From assembly GCA_041937175.2 (NCBI GenBank), contig CP166615.1, forward strand, positions 3,328,001-3,392,000: a stretch of DNA of 64,000 nt. The letters run 5' to 3'. How positions within the stretch are numbered: position 1 is the first letter of the stretch; each line of letters starts with the position of its first letter. The notes under the pieces were generated by a model. That model was given only the letters and a program-made list of their open reading frames with translations, was not told the DNA's origin and ran no database searches. This document shows positions 53,320 through 63,598 of the stretch, one piece after another. A program made the translations under genes and the position numbers. This DNA is from Limnothrix sp. BL-A-16. Its GTDB lineage: Bacteria > Cyanobacteriota > Cyanobacteriia > CACIAM-69d.

Positions 53320-53529
53320 TCACGAGATCAGTGTCTTTTCTTTAAAAAATGTTTCAGCCATAGCGGCAACTTGATAGAGAAATCCCCCTAGGCCAGAAAG
53401 CCGAGGCGATTTGAATAAAAACTGTATCGGAATTGACAAAAAATTATTAAGCGCCCTATTCCCTAGATTTTCACTATGAATCTGTGCGTTACACCGCAAA
53501 TTGCAACGATTAATGATGGCAAAAACCAT
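53320..53529 (-). CDS. Putative small protein (69 aa)
   Basis: AGGAG 9 nt upstream of the ATG. AT-rich, no family recognised. Confidence 0.35.
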   Translation of the reverse strand: MVFAIINRCNLRCNAQIHSENLGNRALNNFLSIPIQFLFKSPRLSGLGGFLYQVAAMAETFFKEKTLIS

Positions 53530-53550
53530 GACTAATCGCTCCTAAAGTTA

Positions 53551-53590
53551 GCCCCCAAATCCTCGGATTGGATTCCGAATCTTTGGGGGC
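53551..53590. terminator. Stem-loop downstream of yqeG
   Basis: GCCCCCAAA...TTTGGGGGC with an inner TCGGA/TCCGA stem. Confidence 0.55.
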
Positions 53591-53740
53591 AGTTGTCAAT
53601 GGTGCTGTGTTGGTTTTTTGGGGCCAAGACTGCTTAATTGTGTGCTCATCTATTCAGGTGGGATCCACCCAGTCAAGATCCATGAGCACCGGTCATTTGT
53701 AACTCAATCTCAGAATGACTTCGAGTTGACGGTTGACGAG

Positions 53741-54307
53741 TTAGCTGGCGGGGCGATCGGGCGAGGAGGTCGCTGTGGGCAGGGGCGAAGGATCGCGATA
53801 GAACGACGCGCCAATCAGTTTTGAGAGCCACACTTCGAGGGAGTGAATCGGGTAGCCCCGATGGGCCGACAGGGGATTCACCATCGGTTGCACCAACACG
53901 GTGAACAGCCCCAGACGGTTACCGGCCAACACATCGGTGAACAGGCGATCGCCCACCATGGCCACCCGTTCCGGCGGCAGTTGCATTTCTTGGAGCGCTT
54001 GGCGCAACTTGCGGCGAGAGGGTTTGGCGGCTCCGGTGAAGTAGGGCAAATCGAGCGATCGGGCAATGCTGCCAATGCGCGATTCGCTCAGGTTGTTGCT
54101 GGCCAGCCACAGTTGCACATGGGGCCGCACCGCCTGGATCCAAGTCACCAGTTCCGGTGAAACCGCGTCGGTGGTGGTGGGAACCAAGGTGTCATCCACA
54201 TCCAGAATCAGGCCCTGCAAACCGTGCTGCACAATCACTTCCGGCGTGAGGGCCAAGATGGAGTCGCCTAGGATTAAGTCGGGCTGAAGCAGGACACCAA
54301 ACGTCAC
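53741..54307 (-). CDS. yqeG: YqeG-family HAD-IIIA phosphatase
   Basis: LDVDDTL, SNN, AAKP, MVGDRLFTDVLAGNRLG. GTG start inferred. Confidence 0.92.
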   Translation of the reverse strand: MTFGVLLQPDLILGDSILALTPEVIVQHGLQGLILDVDDTLVPTTTDAVSPELVTWIQAVRPHVQLWLASNNLSESRIGSIARSLDLPYFTGAAKPSRRKLRQALQEMQLPPERVAMVGDRLFTDVLAGNRLGLFTVLVQPMVNPLSAHRGYPIHSLEVWLSKLIGASFYRDPSPLPTATSSPDRPAS

Positions 54308-54391
54308 GGGAACCTCACAAACTTGTGGCGATCGAACTGAGCAGCGAAACTGAGCAGCAACGTGGAAATCGGGCGATCGGGACGATTGCAC

Positions 54392-55489
54392 CTAGGGGCT
54401 GGGGCTGGCCGCCGGTTGAGGGGTCGATCGAGTCCTGGCGTTCCGCTCGGCCCGAATGCGCTTCACCGCGGCCTCGTGTTCCGCCAGGGTTTTGCTAAAC
54501 ACATGGGTTCCGTCATACCGTGCCACAAAGAACAGATAGTCTGTTTTGGCCGGAGCCAAGGTCGCCTCTAGGCTGGCTTTGCCCGGTGCAGCGATCGGCC
54601 CCGGCGGTAACCCAGGATTGAGATAGGTATTGTAGGGCGAAGGCTGGCGAATATCCGTGAAAGTCAAAGGGCGATCGGGCGTTTGCCGAATTTTCAGGGC
54701 ATATTCCACCGTTGGATCTGATTCTAGCTTTTGCCCCTGATTCAGCCGATTGCTAAACACCCCCGCAATCACCGATCGCTCCTGGGGAATCACCGCCTCC
54801 TTCTCCACAATGCTGGAAAGCGTCACCCACCCCAACAAATCCAACTTGGTTTGGCCGCGGTTTTGGTTCCACAGGGGCAAAGCCACCTTTTCAAAGCGAT
54901 CGAGCATCGAATCAATCACCGCCTGCGGGGTAATCGTATCTCCCGGAAACTGGTAAGTATCCGGAAAAAGAAACCCCTCCAAGGACGTAATTCGCTGGGG
55001 CAACCAAGGATAGCGATCGCGTGGGATTTTTTGCGCGAGGGCCAAAAACTCCTCCGCCCGAAACACCCCTTGGGACTGGAAATAGTCGGCCATTTGCCGC
55101 ACCGTCCAGCCCTCCGGAATCGTCAGGCTCTGTTGAATGGTCTTGCCCTGCCAAAGTTGCTGGGCAACGTCCGTCATCGGGGCCGTGGGCAATAGTTCAT
55201 AGGTTCCCGCCTGGAAGCCGCCATTGTCGTCATTCCAAGTCAGCCACCGGGCCCACAGTTCCCAAGCCGCGCTGGAGCGAATAATCCCTAACCGTTCCAG
55301 ATCGCGGCCAATTTGCCGGGCGCTGGTTCCCCGTTCAATTTGTACTTGTACTGCTTTCATGGCGGTGTCGCCCTGGGCCAAGTCCATGGGACGGTTGGCC
55401 CAGCTCCACCATTGCCATCCTTGCCAAGCACCAACCAAGGCCGCCGTGGGCACGAGGAGAGTAAATATCACGCGACCCAATCGTTGCAT
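54392..55489 (-). CDS. mltG: Endolytic transglycosylase MltG
   Basis: TIPEG, LEGFLFPDTY, SIVEKEA, SPYNTYLNPGLPPGPI. Confidence 0.95.
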   Translation of the reverse strand: MQRLGRVIFTLLVPTAALVGAWQGWQWWSWANRPMDLAQGDTAMKAVQVQIERGTSARQIGRDLERLGIIRSSAAWELWARWLTWNDDNGGFQAGTYELLPTAPMTDVAQQLWQGKTIQQSLTIPEGWTVRQMADYFQSQGVFRAEEFLALAQKIPRDRYPWLPQRITSLEGFLFPDTYQFPGDTITPQAVIDSMLDRFEKVALPLWNQNRGQTKLDLLGWVTLSSIVEKEAVIPQERSVIAGVFSNRLNQGQKLESDPTVEYALKIRQTPDRPLTFTDIRQPSPYNTYLNPGLPPGPIAAPGKASLEATLAPAKTDYLFFVARYDGTHVFSKTLAEHEAAVKRIRAERNARTRSTPQPAASPSP

Positions 55490-55501
55490 GGCTCGATCGA
55501 A

Positions 55502-56059
55502 CTACTCCAACCCATTAAATAGTTGTTCCTCGATCGACGGTAGCAAATCTTCGATCTGCTCCAGCTCCTCGGGATCCAGTAGTTCTGGCTGTCCCTGTTC
55601 ATTCATGCGGGCCACAATGAAAAACGGATCCAACGGCGTATAAACCGCATACTCCGTTTCATTATGGAAAAAGCTAGCTAACCACTGGAATTCATCCACA
55701 TCTTCGCCGGAGCCGTTCCCTTCCCAGGGTTCATCCTCCTCCGGTTCTTCGGGTAATTCGCCCTCAACGGTCAGCACGATCGCCGTGCGCTTCAACTTCA
55801 AATTCTCCTCTGCCAACACCGCCTTCGCCGTGTTGAACAGGAGATCGATCTGTTGCTCGTTCTCGATCGGGACGGCTTCCTCGTCCTCGTCGTCACCCTT
55901 CCAGGTCACAATCTCAACCGGGGAATCCACCGGGTGTAAGAGCACATACTCGGAGCCTTCCACCTCGATCGAGTGCTCAACAAAACACTCCAATGTCCGA
56001 CCCGTGGCATCGGACAGGGTGATGGTGGGAACGTCCCACGCAGTATCTTCTTGGGTCAT
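55502..56059 (-). CDS. DUF3727/DUF1292 acidic protein
   Basis: GRTLECFVE, YVLLHPVD, AKAVLAE, YTPLDP. Sits at the usual position upstream of mltG. Alternative start at 56098. Confidence 0.88.
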   Translation of the reverse strand: MTQEDTAWDVPTITLSDATGRTLECFVEHSIEVEGSEYVLLHPVDSPVEIVTWKGDDEDEEAVPIENEQQIDLLFNTAKAVLAEENLKLKRTAIVLTVEGELPEEPEEDEPWEGNGSGEDVDEFQWLASFFHNETEYAVYTPLDPFFIVARMNEQGQPELLDPEELEQIEDLLPSIEEQLFNGLE

Positions 56060-56194
56060 GCGCGCGATGGGAATCGAGACCTTAAAAGTATCCCCCATGA
56101 GGGCAGCGTTGCCGCAGGGAATAATTAGGATTTTCCCGCCCTGCTCTCAATCACCGAACTGACAGCAGAACGGCCAGGCAATTGGCTCACCCAC

Positions 56195-56220
56195 AAAAAA
56201 GCCCCCTGCACAGGAGGCCC
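56195..56220 (-). terminator. Intrinsic terminator
   Basis: Minus strand GCCTCCTG-TG-CAGGGGGC-TTTTTT. Confidence 0.75.
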
Positions 56221-56600
56221 ATTGCGGACTAGAGGAGGAAGTTCACCCCCAATACCCATCTTTCACTCAGTGCCTATACCCGATCGAGAAACCCATAACA
56301 GTGCTGTTCCGAGTGCTGTGAATTGTGCCAAGCACTGGGCCACCAATTGAAGGGAAAAAAAGAAAGGGCGATCGCACCGGTATTCTCAGCCTCAGGGGCA
56401 TCATTGAGAATCAAGATGGGATTGATCGTACTTGAAAAACGAATTGGGAAAAAACCGGTTGCAAACTACTGGACAGTCTCTTTTGAAGCGATTGTTTCAG
56501 TAAACAACCTTCAACCCAACATCTCAATTCAGCAAATCTAGCGAACTTCATGAATGGTAGTTGCTGAATTGCTGATTCAGCCATTCAGCCAACGGAACCA

Positions 56601-56795
56601 TTAGCCAATGGCATCTTCTTCAGACAGCATCTCTAGAAGATTATCGGGATCCACATAGTGGCAAACCGCATCATCAACACAAATCAAAGCCCAACCCGAT
56701 GCATCAATATCCATTAATTTGTAGGAGGCTTCTTGGACAAAAAAGCCCTTATGATTACGGGTTTCCGGCTTAACAGTAACGTTGTTCGCAGACAT
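56601..56795 (-). CDS. Small hypothetical protein (64 aa)
   Basis: MSANNVTVK...GWALICVDDAVCHYVDPDNL. AGGAG/AGGG upstream of the ATG. Protein-like composition. Confidence 0.65.
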   Translation of the reverse strand: MSANNVTVKPETRNHKGFFVQEASYKLMDIDASGWALICVDDAVCHYVDPDNLLEMLSEEDAIG

Positions 56796-57052
56796 TTCCC
56801 TAACTCCTGAAACGGTGTGACGACGAACTGAACTGGTCGGGTAAAGCAAGTCTAATAACTTGTATCGCAAAATCCTATCATTCAATTTTTGATTGTCCAG
56901 TAAAGTTCTGTGACATCTTGCAACCCCTTGTTAAATGTAAACGCTGTAACCAGAGAGCTGCTGAACCCTGTTTTTTCGAGGGTTTGACCTGTCGGAGATT
57001 TGGCCTTTTGGGGTCACAATCGTTCGAGAAAGTGTAAAGTTTTTTGACAATT

Positions 57053-57082
57053 AAAAATGGAGCCAGTTTTTACCTGACTCCA
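57053..57082 (-). terminator. Intrinsic terminator after the TPR gene
   Basis: Minus strand TGGAGTCAG-loop-CTGGCTCCA-TTTTT. Confidence 0.7.
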
Positions 57083-57121
57083 ATGCCAAAAAATCAATAA
57101 GACACGATCCCAGCGCGATCC

Positions 57122-57601
57122 CTAACTATCAAAGATCCAAGCTTTGATCCGCTGAAAGCCTTTACTGTTGGGTTTTTGGGCGATCGCCTCTTCCAAATTT
57201 TTCTGAACTTCTTCGGCCGCGTCTTGGTCAATCAAAACCAACTGGCTGGCGATTTCCACCTGTTCGCGCACCCCTTTTTGGCCGTCTTCGATCATGGCAA
57301 CGGCCAGATTTACACGGGCTTGGGCATCCTGGGGATTGAGTTTCACGGCTTTTTTAGCAGCTTTGAAAGCCAATCCCGCTTGGTCAGTCAGCAAATACAG
57401 CCATGCCAAGCAAGTCCAAGGGGGGCTGCTTTTGGGGGCCCGATCGCACACGGACTTGAACAGCGGAATCAGCACAGTGGGATCTTCACCGGCTTGATAG
57501 CGATCGATGCCTTGCAAGAACAATTCTTCGGCGGTTAACGTCGCGGAGTCAGTGGTTTCCGCATCCGCAAGTTCTGAAGTGACGACAGGAGTTTCGGCCA
57601 T
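57122..57601 (-). CDS. Conserved TPR-like protein
   Basis: WTCLAWLYLL...AVKLNPQDAQARVNLA. Lies downstream of iscA. Confidence 0.88.
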   Translation of the reverse strand: MAETPVVTSELADAETTDSATLTAEELFLQGIDRYQAGEDPTVLIPLFKSVCDRAPKSSPPWTCLAWLYLLTDQAGLAFKAAKKAVKLNPQDAQARVNLAVAMIEDGQKGVREQVEIASQLVLIDQDAAEEVQKNLEEAIAQKPNSKGFQRIKAWIFDS

Positions 57602-57904
57602 GGGTCAACCACGAAAAAGAATGAGGGTCAGTCCTGACGAACGATCGCCAACGGGGAGCAACCCGCCAGCACCGATCGCCCAAAGGCTTGGTCTTTGACC
57701 ACTGTTGAAGGGTTACGTTGCGCGCACAAAGTCGCGATCGCCCCGAAAACGGAATGGCAGGGACAATTCCGAATCCTAACGATACCAGCAAACGCGAAAC
57801 GGCAATCCCGAAGGACTGCCGCCGCTGACAGAGGGGCGATCGATCATCCCCCCAATGGGCCCGACCAAACTGATGCAACCCAGTTAAGGACAGAAGGCCC
57901 AGTT

Positions 57905-57986
57905 CAAATCAACTCAACTCAAGCTAAATCAACTCAACCTAAATCATTAACCTAAATCAACTCAACCTAAATCAGCTCACTCAACC
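57905..57986. repeat. Short tandem repeat (~15-bp unit AAATCAACTCAACCT, ~5 degenerate copies)
   Basis: Visible directly. Adjacent to a family A MITE. Confidence 0.75.
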
Positions 57987-57998
57987 AAAACCCAGTTA

Positions 57999-58129
57999 GA
58001 GGATGTCTGAAAAGCCAAAATTGCTACTCTGTACGCCCCAGTGATCGATGTAGACAAGGGGCTTAAGCCCCTTGCTCCCACGACAATTAATGTTTAGCCC
58101 GTACTGAAAGATACTTCTCAGATATCCTC
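57999..58129 (+). mobile_element. MITE family A, intact 131-bp copy
   Basis: TIRs GAGGATGTCTGAAAAG / CTTCTCAGATATCCTC, TTA on both sides, central CAAGGGGCTTAAGCCCCTTG. Confidence 0.88.
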
Positions 58130-58145
58130 TTAGGTTCAAGCCTAA

Positions 58146-58505
58146 CTAGGCCGAAAAAGACTTCCCACAGCCGCAGGTTTGGGTAGCATTCGGGTTGCGA
58201 AATTGGAACCCGCCACCAATCAAAGCCGTGCTGTAGTCCAGCTCCAAACCATAGAGATACAGCAGGCTTTTCGGATCACAAATCACCTTGAAATCGCCGT
58301 AATCAAACACATCGTCATCGGGGCGAATATTCGCTGCCGTCTCAAAGTCCATCGTGTAAGACAAGCCCGAACAACCGCCTCCCCGAACGCCAACTCGCAA
58401 GCAGAGGTCGCTTTGGCCTTGGCTCTGGCGCAGGTTGAGCAGGTGTTGGCGGGCCGACTCGCTAATTTGAATGCCTTGCTTGGCGGGAATGGTTGAAGTA
58501 GTCAT
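58146..58505 (-). CDS. iscA: HesB/IscA-family Fe-S assembly protein
   Basis: LRVGVRGGGCSGLSY, NPNATQTCGCGKSF. Confidence 0.92.
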   Translation of the reverse strand: MTTSTIPAKQGIQISESARQHLLNLRQSQGQSDLCLRVGVRGGGCSGLSYTMDFETAANIRPDDDVFDYGDFKVICDPKSLLYLYGLELDYSTALIGGGFQFRNPNATQTCGCGKSFSA

Positions 58506-58786
58506 AGGGTTCAAAGGGCTGGGACTAGCAACTACCTGGGGATGGCTCCTTGAAGGAATGCCCCAGAGTTTCGCGGAATTTGTGAAATCGATGGAGTCTG
58601 ATGGAATCTATTGTATGCAACTCCTCCAGCTAATTTTCAGTAATTCCAGGAGGCTATAGGTTCTGGCCATGTGACGATAACTTAACGATCATCCTCTTCC
58701 TGGATCCTCTGGGCTGAAACCACGGCAAAATAACCACGGTAAAATCAGCCCACCGCAGGAAATCACGGCACAATCACCCCACCGTA

Positions 58787-58928
58787 GGGTCTGTCGTCAA
58801 ATCGTCTGAAATCCTGATTCCACCGCTAACGGCTCTTGAGGGACAAGGCCCTTAAGCCCCTTGTTGCGATGATCGGGACATGGAAAATCAACCGTTTCTG
58901 CCTAATTCCAAGGCAGCACAACCGCCCC
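58787..58928 (-). mobile_element. MITE family B copy (142 bp)
   Basis: TA-GGGTCTGTCGTCAAATCG...CTTAAGCCCCTTG...CCGCCCC-TA. Colinear with 44957-45098. Confidence 0.78.
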
Positions 58929-59101
58929 TAAAACCTATCGTATGGTTAAGCCACCGTTTCGCCAGGCTGCCTCGGATGCTGGGTTTGGCGAGTGCTAGTT
59001 GGGAAGAATTGCGATAATGGAACCGGAAAGGCTGTGTCAGAACGTGAAAATGGAGTGCGCACTGCTCTTTCCAATGCGCTGTGTTGTTGGGGATCTGGGA
59101 T

Positions 59102-61054
59102 ATGCAAAGTTTGCCAAAGGCGACGATCGAACGGCTAAAGCAACTTCCGTTGTTGCGAACCACTTGGCAGGGAGACCTGAGACCGGTTCACAGCCGTGCC
59201 CTCAATACCCGCGCAAACCAGGATGCCCAAAGGCTCTGTGTGCTGTGGATGGATGTGAGTCAACCCTCGTTGCGCTCTTTGGAGCCGGTGACGGAAGAAG
59301 CGGGCTTTGAAGCGGTGGTGCGGGTTTTGCTGCAGGCCATTGAACAACCCCGAGGACAACAGCCACCGGGACGGCCCCAGCGGTTGGTGGTTTGTAACCG
59401 AGAATTGCAATTTTTCCTGCGAGGCGCGTTGCAAGGGCTAGACATCAAGGTGGAATACGGCGCGAAGCTGCCTCTGATTGATGATGTGGTGCAATCGCTG
59501 GAAGCCTACAACCCAGAATTGGAAGTGCGAGATATTTGGGATTCGCCCCACGCCAAACGGCTGGTTCAAGCAATTCGGGCCACCTGGCGATCGGCCCCTT
59601 GGATGTTGTTGGCTGAATATGAAGTGGTGGAGATTAAATTTGAGCTGGATGAGCCATACCAGTTCTATTTATCCACTTTGGGCATGGAGGGGTTGGAGCT
59701 GGGATTGTTGCTCTATCGATCGCTGGAATCGTTGGAGAAATTCCGCAAGGATATCATTAGCAGCCCCCATCGATCGGAACCGCACAAAATGGAAGAAATC
59801 TTTCTGAATCAAGATTGTTTCTTCCTCACCTTCAATGATCTAGAAGAGGGCGAAGCACCATCCTCCCAAAGCCCCATTCTTAGCGAATCGGCCTGGCCAG
59901 AATTGGGCAGCATTCATCCCCTGGAAGGAATGCGAGATCATCTATCAGATGATGAATTGATGGTGATGGTCGTCATTTTGGAAGCGCTCAATCAGTTCAT
60001 CAAGCGCAATAACAAAATCCTTTACGATGCTGACGATTTCCCAAGCCTCAACAACCAATTTCGGATTCTGAATCCCTTAGCGAATCCTAATCCTGGCCAG
60101 AAGCGCAAACAGGACAACATCGCTGTCACGATTCAAACGCGCCCTGATGTGACCCTGCGATTGCTGGAATCGGTTGCGGATCCCGAATCCCTGGCGGCTC
60201 ATTTGCTGATGCCCGATTTTATGGATGACTTGGATGAGGATGCGGAGGGCATGGCCGCTCTGGAGCAAATCCAAAAATTGTTGTCCCTCGCATCGGGACG
60301 GGATGTTCCTCGGGGACTGGGCAACCCTAACTTGAATTCTGGCTATGCTCCAAGGGCGCTGAAATCGGGGTCGTCTCAACAATTGCCATCGGGTTCACGC
60401 CACTATACCCAGGAGATTGAGACGGATTGGTTACCGGAGGGAACGTTGGTCAATTTGGAAACCAATTTGCCTCGGGTGACCCATGACATGATTCCAAATG
60501 CTTTTCGATCGCCCTTGGTGGACTATCCCTTTACGCCCAATAGTTTGATAGAGGGCGGTTCAGTACAGGAAGGCCAGCAGAAAAAAGCTGGTTCCGGAAA
60601 GGCTGCTGGAAAGACCGCTGCTCAGTCATCGAAGCGATCGCCCAAGAGTTTCCCGCTACTGGCTTTGCAAACCTCCCAGCCCAAGGCCAAGGCGTTGATT
60701 GATGAAGTGCTGAGTCAAGATCGCCCGATCGCGATGGGGTTGATGTCGAGTCATGATCAGTTTGATCAGGCTTACGATTTGTTGGTGCTTTACACGGCGC
60801 AAGGTCGCCTGCTGGGGGTGAATGTTTATTGGCAAGATGACCCGCTCGATCGCGCATTGATTGCAGACTGGCACAAACGAACCAAAGCGGCGGGAAATCG
60901 CTGCTCGGTGGCAGTGTTCAAGGGAGCCACGGGCAAGAATCGCGGCATGGTTGATCCGTTGGATCTGATGCGGTTGTGGGATATCCATGCGTTGAGCATG
61001 GAAGATTTGATGCGATCGGCAGTGCAGGCCCAAATTGCCAGGGGGAAGGCCTAG
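59102..61054 (+). CDS. Conserved cyanobacterial hypothetical protein (DUF6930-like)
   Basis: 650 aa. [49 protein letters not shown]. Confidence 0.8.
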   Translation: MQSLPKATIERLKQLPLLRTTWQGDLRPVHSRALNTRANQDAQRLCVLWMDVSQPSLRSLEPVTEEAGFEAVVRVLLQAIEQPRGQQPPGRPQRLVVCNRELQFFLRGALQGLDIKVEYGAKLPLIDDVVQSLEAYNPELEVRDIWDSPHAKRLVQAIRATWRSAPWMLLAEYEVVEIKFELDEPYQFYLSTLGMEGLELGLLLYRSLESLEKFRKDIISSPHRSEPHKMEEIFLNQDCFFLTFNDLEEGEAPSSQSPILSESAWPELGSIHPLEGMRDHLSDDELMVMVVILEALNQFIKRNNKILYDADDFPSLNNQFRILNPLANPNPGQKRKQDNIAVTIQTRPDVTLRLLESVADPESLAAHLLMPDFMDDLDEDAEGMAALEQIQKLLSLASGRDVPRGLGNPNLNSGYAPRALKSGSSQQLPSGSRHYTQEIETDWLPEGTLVNLETNLPRVTHDMIPNAFRSPLVDYPFTPNSLIEGGSVQEGQQKKAGSGKAAGKTAAQSSKRSPKSFPLLALQTSQPKAKALIDEVLSQDRPIAMGLMSSHDQFDQAYDLLVLYTAQGRLLGVNVYWQDDPLDRALIADWHKRTKAAGNRCSVAVFKGATGKNRGMVDPLDLMRLWDIHALSMEDLMRSAVQAQIARGKA

Positions 61055-61187
61055 GGGCGACGGAAGCGGGCAACTGCGATGTTACAATCCGTTAATATTT
61101 TGGGCGATCGAGCCGGGTGAACCGTTCCAGGAACCCACCGCCCGATCGCCCTTACTCACCCGATGCACAGAAGGATTTGAGGCAGCC

Positions 61188-62639
61188 ATGCGAGTCGCGA
61201 TCGTGGGAGCCGGATTAGCCGGATTAGCCACCGCCGTGGATCTAGTCGATGCGGGCCATGAAGTGGAAATCTTTGAGGCCCGTAATTTTGTTGGCGGCAA
61301 GGTTGGCAGTTGGGTTGATGCAGACGGTAACCATGTGGAGATGGGCTTGCACGTCTTCTTTGGCTGCTATGAAAACCTGTTTGGCCTGATGAAAAAGGTG
61401 GGAGCCTTTGAAAATCTGTTGCTGAAGGAGCATACCCACACCTTCGTGAATCGGGGTGGCCATTTGGGCGAGCTGGATTTTCGCTTCCCGATCGGGGCCC
61501 CCTTCAACGGTTTGAAGGCTTTTTTCACCACCTCGCAACTGTCGGTTGCCGACAAGCTGGCTAACTCGATCGCCCTGGGAACCAGCCCGATCGTCCGGGG
61601 ATTGGTGGACTTCAATGGCGCAATGAAAACGATCCGTGAGCTGGATCGGGTCAGCTTTGCCGACTGGTTCCGCAGCCATGGCGGTTCCGATGGCAGCTTG
61701 AAACGGATGTGGAACCCGATCGCCTACGCCCTTGGCTTCATCGACACCGAAAATATTTCGGCCCGCTGTATGCTCACCATCTTCCAATTCTTTGCTGCCA
61801 AAACGGAAGCCTCGGTGTTGCGGATGCTGGCCGGCTCGCCCGATGAATATCTGCACAAGCCGATCGTCAAATACATCACCGATCGCGGCGGCAAAATTCA
61901 CCTGCGTCGCCGGATTCGGGAAGTGCAGTACACCGAAAGCAGCAGCGGCGAAATCCGCGTCACGGGCCTCGATGTGGCCGATGGGGAAGCCACCGAGCGG
62001 ATCACTGCCGATGCCTACGTGGCCGCCTGCGACATCCCCGGAATTCATCGCCTGTTGCCGGAAGCCTGGCGCAAAATTCCCGAATTCGACAACATCTACA
62101 AACTAGAAGCCGTACCCGTGGCCACGGTGCAGTTGCGGTTTGATGGTTGGGTCACAGAAATGCAAGACCCCGCAGCCATGAAGGATTTGGCTAAGGCGCG
62201 TGGCCTCGATAACCTACTCTATTCCGCCGATGCGGATTTCTCCTGCTTTGCGGACTTAGCCCTCACCAGTCCCAAGGATTACTACCGCGAGGGCCAAGGC
62301 TCCTTGCTGCAATTGGTGCTGACTCCCGGCGACCCGTTCATCAAAAAGTCCAACGAGGAAACAGTGCAGCATGTCCTCAAGCAAGTTCATGACCTGTTCC
62401 CCTCGTCGCGCAGCCTGAATCTGGTGTGGTCAGGGGTGGTGAAGCTGGCCCAATCGCTCTACCGCGAGGGGCCGGGCATGGATCCCTATCGCCCCAACCA
62501 AAAGACATCGATCGAAAACTTCTTCTTGGCCGGCAGCTACACCATGCAGGACTACATCGACAGTATGGAGGGCGCAACCCTCTCGGGCAAACAGGCGGCG
62601 AAGGCGCTGTTAAGCACCCAACTCCCGATCGCGGCCTAG
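61188..62639 (+). CDS. crtQ: Zeta-carotene desaturase
   Basis: [45 protein letters not shown]. Confidence 0.96.
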   Translation: MRVAIVGAGLAGLATAVDLVDAGHEVEIFEARNFVGGKVGSWVDADGNHVEMGLHVFFGCYENLFGLMKKVGAFENLLLKEHTHTFVNRGGHLGELDFRFPIGAPFNGLKAFFTTSQLSVADKLANSIALGTSPIVRGLVDFNGAMKTIRELDRVSFADWFRSHGGSDGSLKRMWNPIAYALGFIDTENISARCMLTIFQFFAAKTEASVLRMLAGSPDEYLHKPIVKYITDRGGKIHLRRRIREVQYTESSSGEIRVTGLDVADGEATERITADAYVAACDIPGIHRLLPEAWRKIPEFDNIYKLEAVPVATVQLRFDGWVTEMQDPAAMKDLAKARGLDNLLYSADADFSCFADLALTSPKDYYREGQGSLLQLVLTPGDPFIKKSNEETVQHVLKQVHDLFPSSRSLNLVWSGVVKLAQSLYREGPGMDPYRPNQKTSIENFFLAGSYTMQDYIDSMEGATLSGKQAAKALLSTQLPIAA

Positions 62640-62885
62640 CTATCGGCTGTCTATGAGGGGTTCATTCTTGGTCAACCGGGGGTAACCGGGCGATCGGGTC
62701 ATACCTTCAAGTGCTGATTGCAGCAGCATGTGGGGTGGTTAATGGCCACCCTCCAGGTTTAACAGTGTTGATCTTGCGGATCATTCAGACCAGTTCTGAC
62801 CCCTCTTTTCTGCATCTCAAAATTCCGGTGTCAAAATAAATCAATTGGTTATGAATCAATTGGTTGCAAGCACGGTGATGTTCAC

Positions 62886-63458
62886 ATGCTAGAAACCCTG
62901 ACCGCCCCGATCGCCCTGGCAGACTTTTTGGAGTTGCCGGAAACCCAACCAGCGAGTGAATATATCGACGGGCAAATCCTGCAAAAACCCATGCCCAAAG
63001 GAAAACATAGCCGAATCCAAAGCAAGTTGACTGCATTCATCAATGCGGTAACGGAACCATTAAAGTCAGCCAGTGCATTTACCGAATTGCGTTGCACCTT
63101 TGACGGGCGCTCGATCGTGCCGGATATTGCTGTCTTTTCTTGGGAACGGATTCCCAAAGATGAATCGGGTGAAATTGCCGATCGATTTCTGCTGGCTCCC
63201 GATTGGGTGGTGGAGATTCTATCTCCTGATCAAAGCCATGCCCAACTATTTAAAAAACTCCGCCATTGCTTTCAGCACGGAACGATCGCTGGTTGGATTA
63301 TTGATCCTGCAAACAAAGCCGTCATGATCTATCGGCCGGGTCAAGAGGCACTGTTGTTTGATCTAGAAGAAATGCCCGATCGCCCCTTGCCCATTCCAGA
63401 ATTTGTCGGAGAGCTAACCCTCACCTCAGAAGTTTTATTTAGTTGGCTGGCACTTTGA
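62886..63458 (+). CDS. Uma2 family (DUF820) endonuclease-like protein
   Basis: LPETQPASEYIDG, KPMPKGKHS, SIVPDIAV, APDWVVEILSP. Confidence 0.92.
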   Translation: MLETLTAPIALADFLELPETQPASEYIDGQILQKPMPKGKHSRIQSKLTAFINAVTEPLKSASAFTELRCTFDGRSIVPDIAVFSWERIPKDESGEIADRFLLAPDWVVEILSPDQSHAQLFKKLRHCFQHGTIAGWIIDPANKAVMIYRPGQEALLFDLEEMPDRPLPIPEFVGELTLTSEVLFSWLAL

Positions 63459-63560
63459 AACTGCGAAGAATTCAAATTCTTCAAGTCCTTCGATTTTTCA
63501 TACAGTTTTTACCTAGAACGATTGGCACGCTATATCGCAAATTCAATACAGCGCTTAGTT

Positions 63561-63582
63561 AGGTGGGCAATGCCCACCCTAT
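63561..63582 (-). repeat. REP-like palindrome
   Basis: Minus strand ATAGGGTGGGCATTGCCCACCT: a GTAG-type foot plus a GGTGGGCA/TGCCCACC stem, between convergent genes. Confidence 0.6.
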
Positions 63583-63598
63583 GGGCTAATTTTTACCA

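Noticed and set aside
56933..56951. HLR1 (RpaB) site GTTACAGCGTTTACATT on the minus strand
   Set aside because: Half-site spacing is 9 nt rather than the canonical 10, so it is not called.
57905..57986. Possible CRISPR array
   Set aside because: Units are about 15 bp, contiguous, without unique spacers. No cas genes in the window.
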